The notes below the pieces were generated by a model, which was not told the DNA's origin, ran no database searches, and saw only the letters and a program-made list of their open reading frames with translations. Positions 24,612 through 37,024 of a DNA stretch of 64,000 nt are shown here, in pieces (position 1 is the stretch's first letter; each line of letters opens with the position of its first letter). The DNA is taken from NCBI RefSeq assembly GCF_963921235.1, contig NC_086097.1, positions 159,962,001-160,026,000 on the forward strand, in the 5' to 3' direction. The translations under genes were made by a program, and so were the position numbers. Origin of the DNA: Mobula hypostoma (lineage: Eukaryota).

Positions 24612-25903
24612 GTAGGATATTGGAGTTTAAACCTAATTGTTTAACATGCTTGCACTGTGATTTCTTGGCAGATAGTTAGTTTAGCCTCCTAGGCAAATAG
24701 CTCAAAGCAAGAAGCATGCTATTGTCAAATCACAATTATAGTAACCTAAGTGTATCTTCTCTCATTGTCCAATTTTGTGTTCACAAATCACAAATATGAC
24801 CATCACAGCTAAACTCACATTCAGACAAACCATTCTAGGATGCCTTCTGATCACTTATCAATTCTGATCTTCGCAACTTTTCTTTTGTGTGAACTGGTGA
24901 GAACTCTGTTAGCAAGTGAGATCATTATTGATATTTCCTCATCAGTCTTGGGCAAAAAGAGAACGCTCAGTCTTCCATATCAAAATATGAAAGAATACCT
25001 GGACTGTGATAAAACCTCTGTTTCAATTTCCTTCTCACCCAAGCAATAAATTACATTTAATGAAACAAATGTCAATATATAACAAGTCTTCTAGTTCAAG
25101 ATGGCACCATTAATGTTTACAGGTCCTCTCTGAGAAGAAACTTATTTTGGTCACTGACTGTACGTATACACAAGAGTGTCTGCCATCAATTCTGGGCATC
25201 TCAAATAAACAAATTTTATAGGTGCAGCATTAGGCCTGGGGTAAAATGAACGAACCTCTTCACTTTCTATTGCTTCTCTGGTGCACACTATAAGATATCT
25301 ATAAACTTTCTAGCACCTGAAGCTCATCATCAATTTAACAATGGCACACTTGATGCCACCTTTGCTGATGTTTCTGCACATAGCTCCAAAAATTCCTTTC
25401 AGGCATCGTGACTCATTTGAGATGATAATTCCTTTCCTTCCTTGAGACAGTTGTAATCCATCTTTCTGGTGTGTAAAAAATAAACTGAGGATGCTGGATA
25501 GCCTGACTATAAAGTTATCATGATAATTCCAAATGAATCAGGCAGAGAACTACATGAATCTTTGGTTACTGAACGCTGCTTACAATTTGTATAAATTACT
25601 GTGAAAGGTGTGTGGTGTTACCCAGCACTATATCATTCAACCACTTTCTTCATATAATGCGGCATTAAAAGCTTGCACGTTTCTTGCACACTTACTTATA
25701 GAATGTTCCCTGTTTTCTGTGCAGGTGCATAAACAACTACAATAGATCTTGATATCTATGGGAAACCAGGCAGAGAGGCAGATCTGTTTGACAGCTTTAA
25801 CTACACTTATATCTAGAAATACCTGTGTTCAGAGTCAACGTCTGGGAGATGACTGGGCCACCAAAAGGGCCCTATCCTGCAGATGGAATTACATGCTAAG
25901 AGG

Positions 25904-26975
25904 TAAGACCATAAGCCACAGGAGCAGAATTAGGCCATTTGGTCCATTGACTGTGCTCCGCCATTCAATCATGGCTGATCCTTTTTTTCCCTCCTCAGCA
26001 CCACCTCCCTAGCCTTCTCCATGTAACCTTTGATGCCGAGACCAATCAAAAACATACCAAGCTCTGCCTTAAGTACATCCAAATGATCTGGCCGCCACAG
26101 ATGCCCGTGATAATAAATTCCACAAATTAATCACCCTCTGGCTAAAGAAATTTCTCTGCATATCTGTTTTAAATAGACGCCCCTCTATCATGAGGCTGGT
26201 CCCTCTTGTCCTAGACTCCTCCATCATGGAAAACATCTTTTCCACATCTGCTCTGTCTAGTCTTTTCAATATTCGAAAGGTTTCAGTGAGATCGCCCCTC
26301 ATCCTTCTAAATTTCAGCAAGTGCAGACCAGGAGCTATCAAACGTTCCTCATTCCTGGAATCATCCTTCTGAACCACCTTTGTATCCTCTCCAATGCCAG
26401 CACATCTTTTCTAAGATGAGGAGCCCAAAACTGTTCACAATACTCAAGGTGAGGCTTCACTCATGTCTTATAAAGCCTCAGCATCACATCCCTGCTCTTG
26501 TATTCTAGACCTCTTGAAATGCATGCTAACATTGCATTTGCCTTCCTCACTTGCGACTCTAGCTGCAAGTTAATCTTTAGGGTGTTCTTCACAAGGACTC
26601 CCAAGTCCCTTTGCATCTCAGATTTTTGGACTTTCTCCCCATTTAGAAAATAGTCTGCATATTTATTTCGACTACCAAAGTGCATGACCATGCATTTTTC
26701 AATGTTATATTTCATTTCCCACTCTTGTCCATTCTCGTAATCTGTCTAAGTCCTTCTGCATCCTGCCTGTTTCCTCAACACTACTTGCCTCTCCACCAAT
26801 CTTCGTATCATCTGCAAACTTAGCAACAAAACCATCTATTCCATCACCAAAATCATTGATATGCAACATAAAAAGAAGCGGTCCCAATACCGACCCCTGT
26901 GGAACACCATTAACACTGACAACCAACCAGATAAGGATCATTGTATTCCCACACAAGGATCCTTTTATTCCATAA
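25904..26975 (-). mobile_element. CR1 3' fragment
   Basis: GVPQGSVLGPLLFMLHIND, KFADDTK, RRMRGDLTETF in ORFs 26069-27025; taagaccataag tail. Confidence 0.93.
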
Positions 26976-27387
26976 TAAATCAAAACCAAAATCACTTTTA
27001 ATATCAGTGGCATACAGTATGTCATGAAAGTTTTTTATGTGGCGGCAGTATATTACCTGTACAATATATAATAAAAACTATAAATCACAGTAAGAAATAT
27101 ATATCCATTTTTTAACAAAATTAAATTAAGTAAGAGGTGCAAAAAGAGAAAGATAGTGGTGAGGTAATGTTCATGAGTTTAATGTCCATACAGAAATCTG
27201 ATGGCAGAGGGAACAAAGCAATTCCTGAATTGTGTGACTTCAGGCCTCAGACATGCTGAAAATGGGTGACATGCCCTTGGCTCTTTTCCTCTCTGTACCC
27301 TCCTGCTATGATCCTCTCTCCTGTAAACCCTCACCTGCTTATTTACCCAAACAGTGCCTTTCTGTCTGAGACACTGGAGGATCTTTG

Positions 27388-27642
27388 GATGCTGGAAGTC
27401 TCAAGCAACACAGACAGAATGCTGAGTAACACACACAAAATGCTGGGGGAACTCAGCAGGCCAGGCAGCATCTATGGAAACAAAGTACAGTTAATGTTTT
27501 GGGCCGAATGCTTGAGGAGCTCAACAGCTCAAGCAACATCACTTAGGCAGAGACCTTTCATCAGGAATTCTGAAGAAGGAACTTGGACCAAAACATCAAC
27601 TCTTTATTTCCCTCCATAGATGCTGCCAGCATTTTGTGTATG
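27388..27642. mobile_element. Palindromic Penelope pLTR pair with back-to-back degenerate hammerhead cores
   Basis: Minus arm ...gacctttcatcagga, centre GAATTC, plus arm ctgaagaaggaacttggaccaaaacatcaac...ccatagatgctgccagcattttgtg. Confidence 0.75.
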
Positions 27643-27779
27643 TCTCTCTAGGTGTCCTTCTTTTGTGCACCATTCTTCTAAATCTTCGTACATGTAGCTA
27701 TCTTGTGTTCATCTCTTATATATGCACCTATAATGGGCATACATCACTTCAGTGCAATTCCCATTTTGCATACCCATTT

Positions 27780-28152
27780 TCCATGCAATCCTCTTCATTT
27801 TGGATGCTGATCCTACCTCAGAAAGGCACTCTGAATGGTGATGGCTTTGCCCCATCAAAACTACCCAAGACATCTTATTAATTTGAAATCCTTAATACTA
27901 CTACTCTCAGGCTATGAGACTGATGAATACCTTACCTCCACTGAAGTCTCTTCACTGGGACAGTGAACAGTTTACTGTGCGCTGCATGCATTTTCAATTA
28001 TATTTTATGAACTTATTTGTTTACTCTTTTGTTTTACAAGCTGTGTGAGATGTACTGTATGTTTTCTGGGGTCACCACAGTCCAGGGCAACATTGCTTCA
28101 TTTGGTTGTATACTGTATATGTACAGTCAGATGACAATAAACTTGAACTTGT
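27780..28152 (+). mobile_element. Rex1/Babar 3' end (same family as 13400-13691)
   Basis: Ends gtacagtcagatgacaataaacttgaacttg. Confidence 0.75.
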
Positions 28153-28980
28153 ACTCCTGCTTACCCACTCCAGGCACCTAGCACTCTCCGCATAAAAAAA
28201 AACTTAATCTTAACATTGCCTTTAACCACACCCCACCCCCTTCCTACCTTAAACGCATGTCCTCTATTTATTTCCACCTTAGGTAAAGATTACTTATCTA
28301 TACCTCTCAAAATCTGCTAATCTCCATTGCTCTGGGATTTAGCCTGTTACTAGTAAAGACACAAAAATCTTAGTCAAAGCCCAAGCAATCTCTTCACATG
28401 CTTCTTGCAATATTATGGCATATATGCTAATAGGACCTAGAGACTTATATACCTTAATGCTTTTCAGAAGACCAAGCTCTACCTCTTCCTCAATCTCAAA
28501 ATATCTCAGTGATTAACATGCCCCACCCTGTCTTCACTATCTTCCAAATTTTTCTCCTTGGTAATTACTAACTAAAAGTTCTCAGTTAATATCTTAGCCC
28601 TGTCTCTGACTCTAAACACAAATTACCTCTTTTATTCTTGAGTTAACCTATCTTCTCTTTAGTTATCCACTTTTTCTTAATGTAAGTATATAATGCTTTG
28701 GGATTATTGTTGATGCACTCTTTTTGGTTTTCCTTATCACCTGCTTGAGCACTTTCCTTCTATCTTAATACTCTACAGGGATCCATTTCTAAATTTAGCT
28801 ATCTAAACCTTACATATGCTTCCTTTTACTTCCTGACTAAATTTAGGACCTCTTGGGTCCTTACTGCCAACTGGAATATGCTGATCCTTAACTGAGATCA
28901 GCTGGTCTTTAAAGAACTCCCACATGTCATTTGTGGACTTGTCTGACAGCAGCTGCTCCCAATCAATGCCCCAATGCATG
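28153..28980 (-). mobile_element. Old CR1 fragments
   Basis: Similar to 6060-6720 and other minus-strand CR1 pieces. Confidence 0.55.
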
Positions 28981-30229
28981 TGTTAAAATGTTAAACCATA
29001 TCCTCGTGCTTAGTCCTGCCATCTGTTGGAATATTGGCTCCTGTCCAACACCTTTCACACCGACCAAGACATCACACCTTTTTTTTTAATATCTGACTCA
29101 ACCTAATCCCAGCTCTGCTAGGAACTCACATTCATACAACCACAAAATTTATGGCAGACAAGGAGGATATTTGACAAAGAAAGTCTGTTTCAAATACCCA
29201 ATAATCAATTCTGCTTTCATTACAATATAATAGCACCACTTAATCACATTATCAATTAGCTGAATCCTACCCTACAGCAATATGACCTTCCACTCAGCAT
29301 GGTTCCTACCTTAGATATTAACATATTGATGCTTATCTGTAGGCCAACATGATGCCTTTAACATCTGCTTTATGCTTGAATGCTGCCTCATAAATCTTTG
29401 GTCTTTTTGGTTTTCTGCCTCAGTATTTTGCAGATAAATTAGAGGTTAGATCATGGATCATATCCTTGCACTGAAATTGAGACCAGAGTTTCAACCAGCA
29501 CCATGACAGGGTCAGATATATGTGTAAGGATTAAGAACATATGCATCAAAAATCCCCATTCTCAGAATTTTAATTTAACCAATTTGTTTCTCCAGCTAAT
29601 TGTAGGGTCCATCTAGGTTTCCAGGCAATGTTCCAACTTTAGCATGATACTTAAGCTATTCAGACAGCTTTGTAAATTTAAACCTGTTAAGAACATCTCT
29701 AAAAGAACCTATTTCTTTTGTAGTGCAGGAGTGAAGTTGGAAATTATTTTCTTTTATGGGATGTGAATAACTAAAACTCTCTCCTCAAAAATCTATGAAC
29801 ATCAGAACGCTTGAAAATTTCACCAGCAAGATTGATAAATATTTATTAGGGATAACAGGCAATGAATAGGAATCAGAGGTGTGCAAAAGATGTTGAAGTC
29901 TAGACAAGCTATGATTTAGTAAAAAGGAAGAAGAGTTCAATTGCTGAATTCCTGAATCTTGGTCCTAAGTCCTTTCCAATAAGACCCAGTTCACAATCCA
30001 CATTCTTTTCATTGTGCTTATGGTGATGCAGAATTTTATTCACTTTAATTGAATACATAAGGTAAACAACCCTTTATTAATGCATATGTATTCAGTGATG
30101 GCTATTTTAATAAATAAATGGATATATTATAGCTAACAATTTCTGTTAAAAGAAAGATTTATTGAAGTAAACTTATGACTCCGTACTGTACATAACTTCA
30201 GCCAATACAAATTTTTCAATGTAACATGT

Positions 30230-31260
30230 CAAATGTGGCATCAAGAAGCCCTGGACAGTGAAAGGATATCAAGAGGAAAATATTGGAATGTTTGGAATCA
30301 TGCCTCACCCAAAAAAGGCTATTGTAGTTCCTAGAGGTTAATCATCCAAACCCCAGGACATCATGGGCAGATTTCCTCAGGGCAGTGTCCTATGCTCACA
30401 TAGCTTCTACAGCTTCAGTTACCTTCCTTCCATGATAAGGTCAGATGAAGAGACATTCATGGATTATTTCACAATGAACATAAAGCGGTACAAACCAGCC
30501 TGCCCCAGGACGCGAAACAATATTCAGGCCTGCACAGATAAGCAGCAAACAAGATGCACACCACCAAAATGCCAGTCAATGGTCGTTTCTAACAAAATAG
30601 GATCTAACCCCACCCTCCCCCATTCCTTTCCTAATGTTCAATGATATTGCTGTGGCAAAGGACAATACCATCAGCATAGTTATCACCATATACCTGAAAC
30701 TCAATTGGACCAGCCACATAAACGCTTCTCACAAAGGCGGGTCAATAATTGAGTATTCTGCACTGAGTGACTCACCTCCCGACACCTCAAAACTCTTCCG
30801 TCATATACAGTAGAAGGTACAATTTAGAATGGAATTCTTCTCTTACCAGCACAAGGTCAGCTCAGCTCCAACAACAGTCAAGAGGCTTGATGCCATAGGG
30901 AAAAAGTAGCACACTTGTTCGCTGCTCCATCCATAACCTGAAAGATTAATTCCCTCCACAGATGACACATTGGGTCTACATTGTGTACTATCTATAAAAT
31001 GTAGTGCAGTTACACATCCTGGATCAGTAGGAACTCCAGTAAGGAAAAGGGCAGCAAATCAATGGAAATGTCTACTCAAAGACACATGCTATCTCCATGT
31101 TGAAGTTGTTCACTATTCCTTTGTTGTTCCTTGATCTAAATCTTGCTACTCTATATAAATATTGTAGGGGTACTTTTAGCAAAAGGACTGTTACAATACA
31201 GCTCAGCGTCACCTTTCCAAGGGCATGAATGATGGACAATAAGCGTTAGCTTTGTCAAAG
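30230..31260 (+). mobile_element. Highly decayed CR1-group LINE (RT region to 3' end)
   Basis: PQGSVL, IQACTDKQQ...PPKCQSM motifs in ORF 30363..30644. Confidence 0.6.
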
Positions 31261-31485
31261 GTCTCTACCTTGAAAGAAAAAAAGCTACTTTGAAATATTT
31301 CAATGTACTACAAAGAAAAGTTTATCTTACATCCCTTTGATATTTTGTTTCAGATGTTCTTCCTTGTCTAGCCATGACTTCTCATTTAAAAGTTCACTTT
31401 TTGTATGCCAGCATTTTATATTTCATATACTTTTCTCTGGCAAGGCTTACAAACGTTCTCCAAGACTGCCTTGTACAAGAAAATG

Positions 31486-31793
31486 CCACAGTAGCGTAGC
31501 CGTTGGTGTGACACTATTGCAGCTCAGGGCATTCCAGAGTTTGGAGTTTAATTCCAGCACCATTCTGTTGGGAGTCTCTTGTCTGTCTGCCCCATGGAAC
31601 GTGTGGGTTTTCCCCAAGTGCTCCGGTTTCCTCCCACAGTGCAAAGACGTACTGGGTAGGTTAATTGGTCATTGTATATTGTCCTTTAAAATCAGGGTTG
31701 TGGGGTTGTTAGAGTGACGTGGCTTGAAGGGCCGGAAGCGCCTACTCCGCTGCATTGCTAAATATATATACAAACAAACAAATAAATAAATAA
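31486..31793 (+). mobile_element. V-SINE (HE1-like)
   Basis: V domain gtgtgggttttccccaagtgctccggtttcctcccacagtgcaaagac; (AAAT)n tail. Confidence 0.85.
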
Positions 31794-32494
31794 GACACAC
31801 AGGGTCACTTTCAACTAACATTGCTCATTCTTTGTGGCTAATTATGTCTTCACTAGATCAAATAGCTTATTTTTAAGGAAAAGTAAGTATCCATTGGCTG
31901 ACAGCGTTTTTTTTACAATGCACCATGTGTGAAGAAAAAATGCCACTAATATTACCTTGATGCAGCATCTACATGAACAAACTCTGTCATTCCATATACT
32001 GACTGACCAAGTTTTATTCCCCAAAACTACTGAACACCTGACTCTTATGAACACGCAAAACTGACATAGAAAAGTTGAGTTTTTGCTCGTTCAGAGAAAT
32101 TCGAAATTTAATTATTATTTTTAAATGCTCCCAAACTTCTAATAAGACGGTGGCGATTCACCTTTTAAAACTGCTGCCATCTTTATGCTGAAAGTACTTG
32201 ATAGACGAAGAGTGCTGAGATTCTGAGGTGGTGTATTTGTAAATCAGGATGGTGATGTTCTTGGCTGGAATATTCTCACACACAGTTGTTTTGGTAGGGT
32301 GTTCTCTCATTTTGGTGCCATGAACTGTTTGACACCTTAAAGAGGAGGAATAGGACAGTGAAGTAACACATGGATATAAAAATGAGTTTTGTAGAGTTTA
32401 AGGCAAAAATAATTACATAATTAATGCTTAGATCATACTAAATACTTCTGGACACACTCTGAAAAGCTGCATCTTGTTTTTGTTTTGGCTAGCA

Positions 32495-32836
32495 CTGAAG
32501 CACAGTTTGAAGAGACGCCACCCCACAGCACCTGAGACTCGGGTTCGTTCCTGAGGTCGGATGGTGTCTGTGAGGAGTTTGCACATTTCCTGTGACTCTG
32601 TGGGTTTCCTCTCAAATCCCAAACACATGAGGTAGGTATGTTATTTCACCACTGTAAATTGCCCTTAGTGTGCAGGTGTATCTGGTGTATCTGGTGGATC
32701 ATAATGGAATCGGATGGGGTGAGAATAAAGATTGCGATTAATGCAGGATTACTATAGATGAGTGGTTGATCATTGATGTGGACCTGGGGGGGGTGTGAAA
32801 GGGCCTTTTTTCTGCGCTGTATCTTTCTCAAATAAT
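32495..32836 (+). mobile_element. V-SINE (HE1-like), decayed
   Basis: gggttcgttcctg...gtgaggagtttgcac...gtgggtttcctc...tgtaaattgcccttagtgtg...ctgtatct. Confidence 0.75.
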
Positions 32837-33657
32837 TAGACTAATGAACAAGGCAGTTCTATTTCCTTGTCCTTCCTTATTTCATGATGATGCTGAGATA
32901 TATCCTGGGATGTGCTGGGACCTGGGATCATCAGGTGTATTGGGTCTTTCAAAATCAGACACCCTCATTTAGGCTACCAGGCCAGGGTTGATCATGCCCC
33001 ACCTTGTGTTCCAGCAGCATTGGTCCATGGGACATACCTCTTGATCCATGGCCATCTGGAGGCGTGCTCAGCAGCCTCTGTGACAGTCCAGATGGCTCTT
33101 CTCCTTGCAGCCCCCATAATGCCAAGGAGAGAGTGGGTTGTGCAGAGCAAGAAGCCAGCAAGATTCTATAGTCTCACAGCATGCTCTCCACCCATGTCTC
33201 TGGCACTGCTCAACTAGCTCCTGGTATTTGGCATTCTTACACTTGAACACTTCCTCAATCCGGTCTCGCAAGGCACTGTCAGTTATACCATGACCATCTG
33301 CTTCCAGGTTTCTGACAATGATCATGTCAGGCCTCAGTGATGATGATCTGATGAAGTCAGGGAACTTCAGTTGCTTGCAAAGAATGATATTCAGTTACCA
33401 GTCAGACGCTGTCGCAATCAGGCTTGGTGGTGATTTGGGCTGAGGCTGTGGTTAACCTCCAGCTTTGAGAAAGGCACTGGCTTTTTGGGTTGGTCTACTT
33501 GCTTACTGTTGTTAGTGGCCGAGGAGATATTTTCTTCCACTGCCTACTGCACGTAGTCATGGTGCCACTGGTAGCGGCCTTCTCCCAGGGCTTTTGGACA
33601 GCTGCTGAGGATGTGTTCTGGGTCCCTCTGCGACACAGCCTGGATCATGAACTTAAT

Positions 33658-34415
33658 GCTCAAAGCTCAAAGTAAACTTTATTTCAGAGCACATACATGT
33701 CACCACAGAACCCCAAGATTCTTTTTCTGCGGGCATACTTAGCAAATCTATAGAACAGTAACCATAAACAAGATCAATGAATAACGATCTGTGCAAATGC
33801 AAATTTAAATAAATAGCAATAAACAATGAGAGTATGAAATAACAGGATAAAGAGTCCTTAGAGTGAGATCATTGATTGTGGGAACACAGAAATAGAATGA
33901 GTGTGGTTATCCTCTTTCGTTCAACAGCCTGATGGTTGAGGGATGGTATCTGTTCTTGAACCTGGTGATGTGAATTCTGAGGCTCCTGTACTTTCTATGT
34001 GATGGCAGCAGTGAGAAAAGGGCATGGCCTGGGTAGTGAAGATCTTTGATGATGGATGCTGCTTCTCTATGGCAACATATCATGCAGATGTTCTCAACAG
34101 TTGGGAGGGATTTACCTGTGATGCTCTGGGTCAAATCCACTACCTTATTTAGGATTTTCCACTCAAAGGTATTGGTGTTCCCATACCAGACTGCAATGCA
34201 GCTAGTCAGTACACTTTCCACCACACATCGATCAAAGTTTGTCAAGGTTTCTGACATGCCAAATCTCTGCAGACTCCTGAGGAAGTAGAGGCACTGTCGT
34301 GCTTTCTTTGCTATTATATTTATATGATGGGTCCAGGACAGGACCTCCGAGATAGAGGCACCCAAGAATTTAAAGTTACTGACCCTCTCCACCTCTGCTC
34401 CTCCAATGAGTACTG
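33658..34415 (-). mobile_element. Rex1/Babar 3' fragment inside HERO
   Basis: ORF 33907..34392 ERVSNFKFLG...KKARQCLYFLR...PGHALFSLLPSHRKYRS. Confidence 0.9.
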
Positions 34416-35276
34416 GCTCATGATTTCTGATGCTGGGGTTCTGCCTGCCAGATTTTGAACCAGCAGATCATCAGGATGAACGCACCTTCCCACCTTGTCC
34501 AAGCTCGCTGCTGCCCCATTCCTGCCTTACTGATGGTATGCACTTCCTCGACAGCAGCTTGCATCTCTTTCTGGACCAGTTTTTACACTCTTCTTTGACT
34601 GTCTTAACCAGCATGTTCATGATCACTGAGAAGAGCCTGAGCCAGCTTGATGTGTTCTTTCTTGAGGAGATTCTCAATCTGAAGTTACTATAGTAGTCCA
34701 GGATGAGGTCCTTTATCTTCCTTGGAACATGATGCTGGTTCAGCGCGATATCCACCAGTTTATGTGGTAATGACCCGTACACATTGGCAAGGTCTAGCCA
34801 CAGTAACACGAGGTCTCCCTTTCCTTCACACACTTCCCTGATCAGGTAGGAGACCACACTCATCTGTTTCAGGTACTCTGGCACACTGCGAATCTATTCT
34901 TTCTGTACAGATGTATCAATGCAGACATTTTTGAGTGGAAACCCAGTCAGATGCTGGGAACAATACTGAAAAATATCTTTCCTTCTACACTGAGCAACGA
35001 GATGGGTCTAAACTACTCATTGTCCTGGAAGGTCTCCTCCTTAGGGATCCAGACTCCCTCTGCACAACTCCACTGGTCTGTGGTGTAGGCCAGATGACCC
35101 TAAGGAGTTTCCAAAGTAGCTAGAGGAGCTTAGGACAGTGCTTCTACACCTTGTAGGGTACTACGCCGGAACCAGAAGCAGAACTACTGTAGTTCTGGCT
35201 GCTCTGACTATGTCCTGGATCTCCTTCCAGCTGGGCTTCTTGCCACTGAACTTAACTGCAGGAGAAGGAGGATTTA

Positions 35277-36186
35277 GAACATAGAACATAGAATAGTACA
35301 GCACAGTACAGGCCTTTCGGCCCACAATGTTGTGCCGACCCTCAAACCCTGCCTCCCATATAAGCCCCCACCTTAGATTCCTCCATATACCTGTCCAGTA
35401 GTCTCTTAAACTTCACTGGTGTATCTGCCTCCACCACTGACTCAGGCAGTGCATTCCACGCACCAACCACTCTCTGAGTAAAAAACCTTCCTCTAATATC
35501 CCCCTTGAACTTCCCACCCCTTATCTTAAAGCCATGTCCTCTTGTATTGAGCAGTGGTGCCCTGGGGAAGAGGCGCTGGCTATCCACTCTATCTATTCCT
35601 CTTATTATCTTGTATACCTCTATCATGTCTCCTCCCATCCTCCTTCTCTCCAAAGAGTAAAGCCCTAGCTCCATTAATCTCTGATCATAATGCATACATT
35701 CTAAACCAGGCAGCACCTTTCCAATGCTTCCACATCCTTCCTATAGTGAGGTGACCAGAACTGGACACGGTACTCCAAGTGTGGCCTAACCAGAGTTTTA
35801 TAGAGCTGCATCATTACATCGCGACTCTTAAACTCTATCCCTCGACTTATGAAAGCTAACACCCCATAATCTTTCTTAACTACCCTATCCACCTGTGAGG
35901 CAACTTTCAGGGATCTGTGGACATGTACCCCGAGATCCCTCTGCTCCTCCACACTACCAAGTATCCTGCCATTTACTTTGTACTCTGCCTTGGAGTTTGT
36001 CCTTCCAAAGTGTACCACCTCACACTTCTCCAGGTTGAACTCCATCTGCCACTTCTCAGCCCACTTCTGCATCCTATCAATGTCTCTCTGCAATCTTTGA
36101 CAATCCTCTACACCATCCACAACACCACCTACCTTTGTGGCATCTGCAAATTTGCCAACCCACCCTTCTACCCCCACATCCAGGTC
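35277..36186 (-). mobile_element. CR1 3' fragment inside HERO
   Basis: ORFs 35342..35716 and 35701..36177; (CATAGAA)n tail; ATTTA duplicated at 35272-35276/36187-36191. Confidence 0.93.
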
Positions 36187-36971
36187 ATTTACTCAGATGC
36201 TACGGTGTCCTAGCTCTTGCTCCCTCTCTGAGTCGCTGAGGGAGTTCTGGAGCTGTAGATCCACCTGCTGTTCGGAGCATGCAGCATGCAGCCTGCCTTC
36301 TATGCTTCTGTCCTAGCAGCTGCTTGGTGAACCCATAGTGGTTTGCAAAAAAGGCAGCTCATTTTGTGGCTCTCCCTATTCCCCTTTTTCTTTGCCTTTC
36401 TGCCCTGCGCAGTGCTATAAGCTTACCTCTGAGGATGTTACAGAGCTCTGCAGGTGGTAGCTTCTCTTCTTCACTTGCCCCCTTGTACTGTTTAGTCAGG
36501 AATCAGGTATATTTTGGCCACCGTACGGTTTATCAAGTAGGGGACTTTGTTGGCTTTCATCTCTACTAGGCCGAATCTCTCAGTAGCAAAGCTGACAATG
36601 ATAGTTGACATGATTTGGAGTCATCTATTGACATCTCCTTTACCTGTTGCCTCAATGATATGGGCTATGGGCTTCTCAAACTGCAGCCACACCCTCTTAC
36701 GGCTTGCTGGAGGCCACATAACCCACTGGTGATCCACTACTCTGCCCGGTGTGGGAATTTCTGCACTGTGGGCTGACTCCTGGCCAGGTTCCTCCTGTGT
36801 TTGAATATTTTTATCAAGCGTTCTGTACATCTTTTGGATAAATTGAGGTCTTTTTAAATAGGTTATTGAATTTTAAAATGCCGCTTTCCAATCTTTGAAA
36901 TACATTAATATCAGCAATTAAATTAGCAAACTGCACACCTTGAAACTGAGTACCTATTTGAAAACAAGTTC

Positions 36972-37024
36972 ATAGATAGATAGATAGATAGATAGATATA
37001 CTTTATTAATCCCGAGGGAAATTT
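36972..37024 (-). repeat. (GATA)n microsatellite attached to a LINE 3'-terminal stub
   Basis: Minus strand reads aatttccctcgggattaataaagtata(tcta)n. Confidence 0.7.

Larger units (their letters stand above)
32880..36830 (-). mobile_element. HERO-type (R2 group, RLE endonuclease) non-LTR retrotransposon, decayed and interrupted twice
   Basis: RT LWLDLANVYGSLPHKLV; Zn knuckle EHILSSCPKALGEGRY; RLE LRPDMII...RIEEVF...KYQELVEQC; N-terminal VMWPPAS...WLQFE. Confidence 0.85.

Noticed and set aside
25725..25901. Plus-strand coding exon with strong-looking splice sites
   Set aside because: Stops in all three frames from the acceptor; the donor overlaps a CR1 tail
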